The translations under genes were made by a program, and so were the position numbers. Below, piece after piece: positions 63,901 through 64,000 of a stretch of DNA of 64,000 nt (positions are counted from its first letter, which is position 1; each line of letters opens with the position of its first letter). The DNA comes from Sarea resinae (taxonomy: Eukaryota): positions 1 through 64,000 of the forward strand of contig JAPEUD010000014.1 of NCBI GenBank assembly GCA_026026165.1. The letters run 5' to 3'. The notes under the pieces were generated by a model that saw nothing but the letters and a program-made list of their open reading frames with translations, ran no database searches and had not been told where the DNA came from.

Positions 63901-64000
63901 GTAGCTGAGTGTCGAGATCTCCGGAAATTGCTTCTACCAGCCGGAGAGCTCTTCGAATCGGGTACAGGCAGATTCGGAGCTTCTTGTTCAGGTGACTGAA
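51972..64000 (-). CDS. DYN1: Cytoplasmic dynein heavy chain (nudA/ro-1 orthologue), 5'-truncated by the window edge
   Basis: More than 3900 codons; P-loops [32 protein letters not shown]; stalk coiled coils; one intron at 52497-52555; frame open to 64000. Confidence 0.99.

Noticed and set aside
52619..63908. Many plus-strand ORFs of 60-208 aa
   Set aside because: Antisense to dynein heavy chain; expected from codon bias.

Overview
Eukaryotic DNA from a filamentous ascomycete (Pezizomycotina-like: short GT-AG introns with CTRAY branch sites, fungal orthologues). There are 17 intron-containing protein-coding genes: HEI10, FAM50/XAP5, a TauD-family dioxygenase, a probable ZIP2/SHOC1, NUP49, FIP1, an orphan ~724-aa gene, a HAD phosphatase, TTC1-like, HSP10, TYW1, a PQ-loop protein, a SWT21/TCAB1-like WD40 protein, a HAL4/SAT4-type kinase, mitochondrial uL11, SVF1 and a divergent 8-exon histone H4 variant. 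An eighteenth gene, cytoplasmic dynein heavy chain, runs off the right edge. I found no tRNA, rRNA, CRISPR array or intact transposon. The most notable observations are: (1) two tandem hairpins with a compensatory base-pair change, inside a structure-rich region downstream of the orphan gene; (2) the H4 variant, with K16R/K77N/K91N-equivalent substitutions and micro-exons, which the ORF track misses; (3) two ZMM crossover genes about 10 kb apart; (4) GC-rich, low-complexity gene 3' ends next to microsatellite-rich, RIP-like spacers. Gene models and family calls were made by eye and from recalled motifs; no database search was run.
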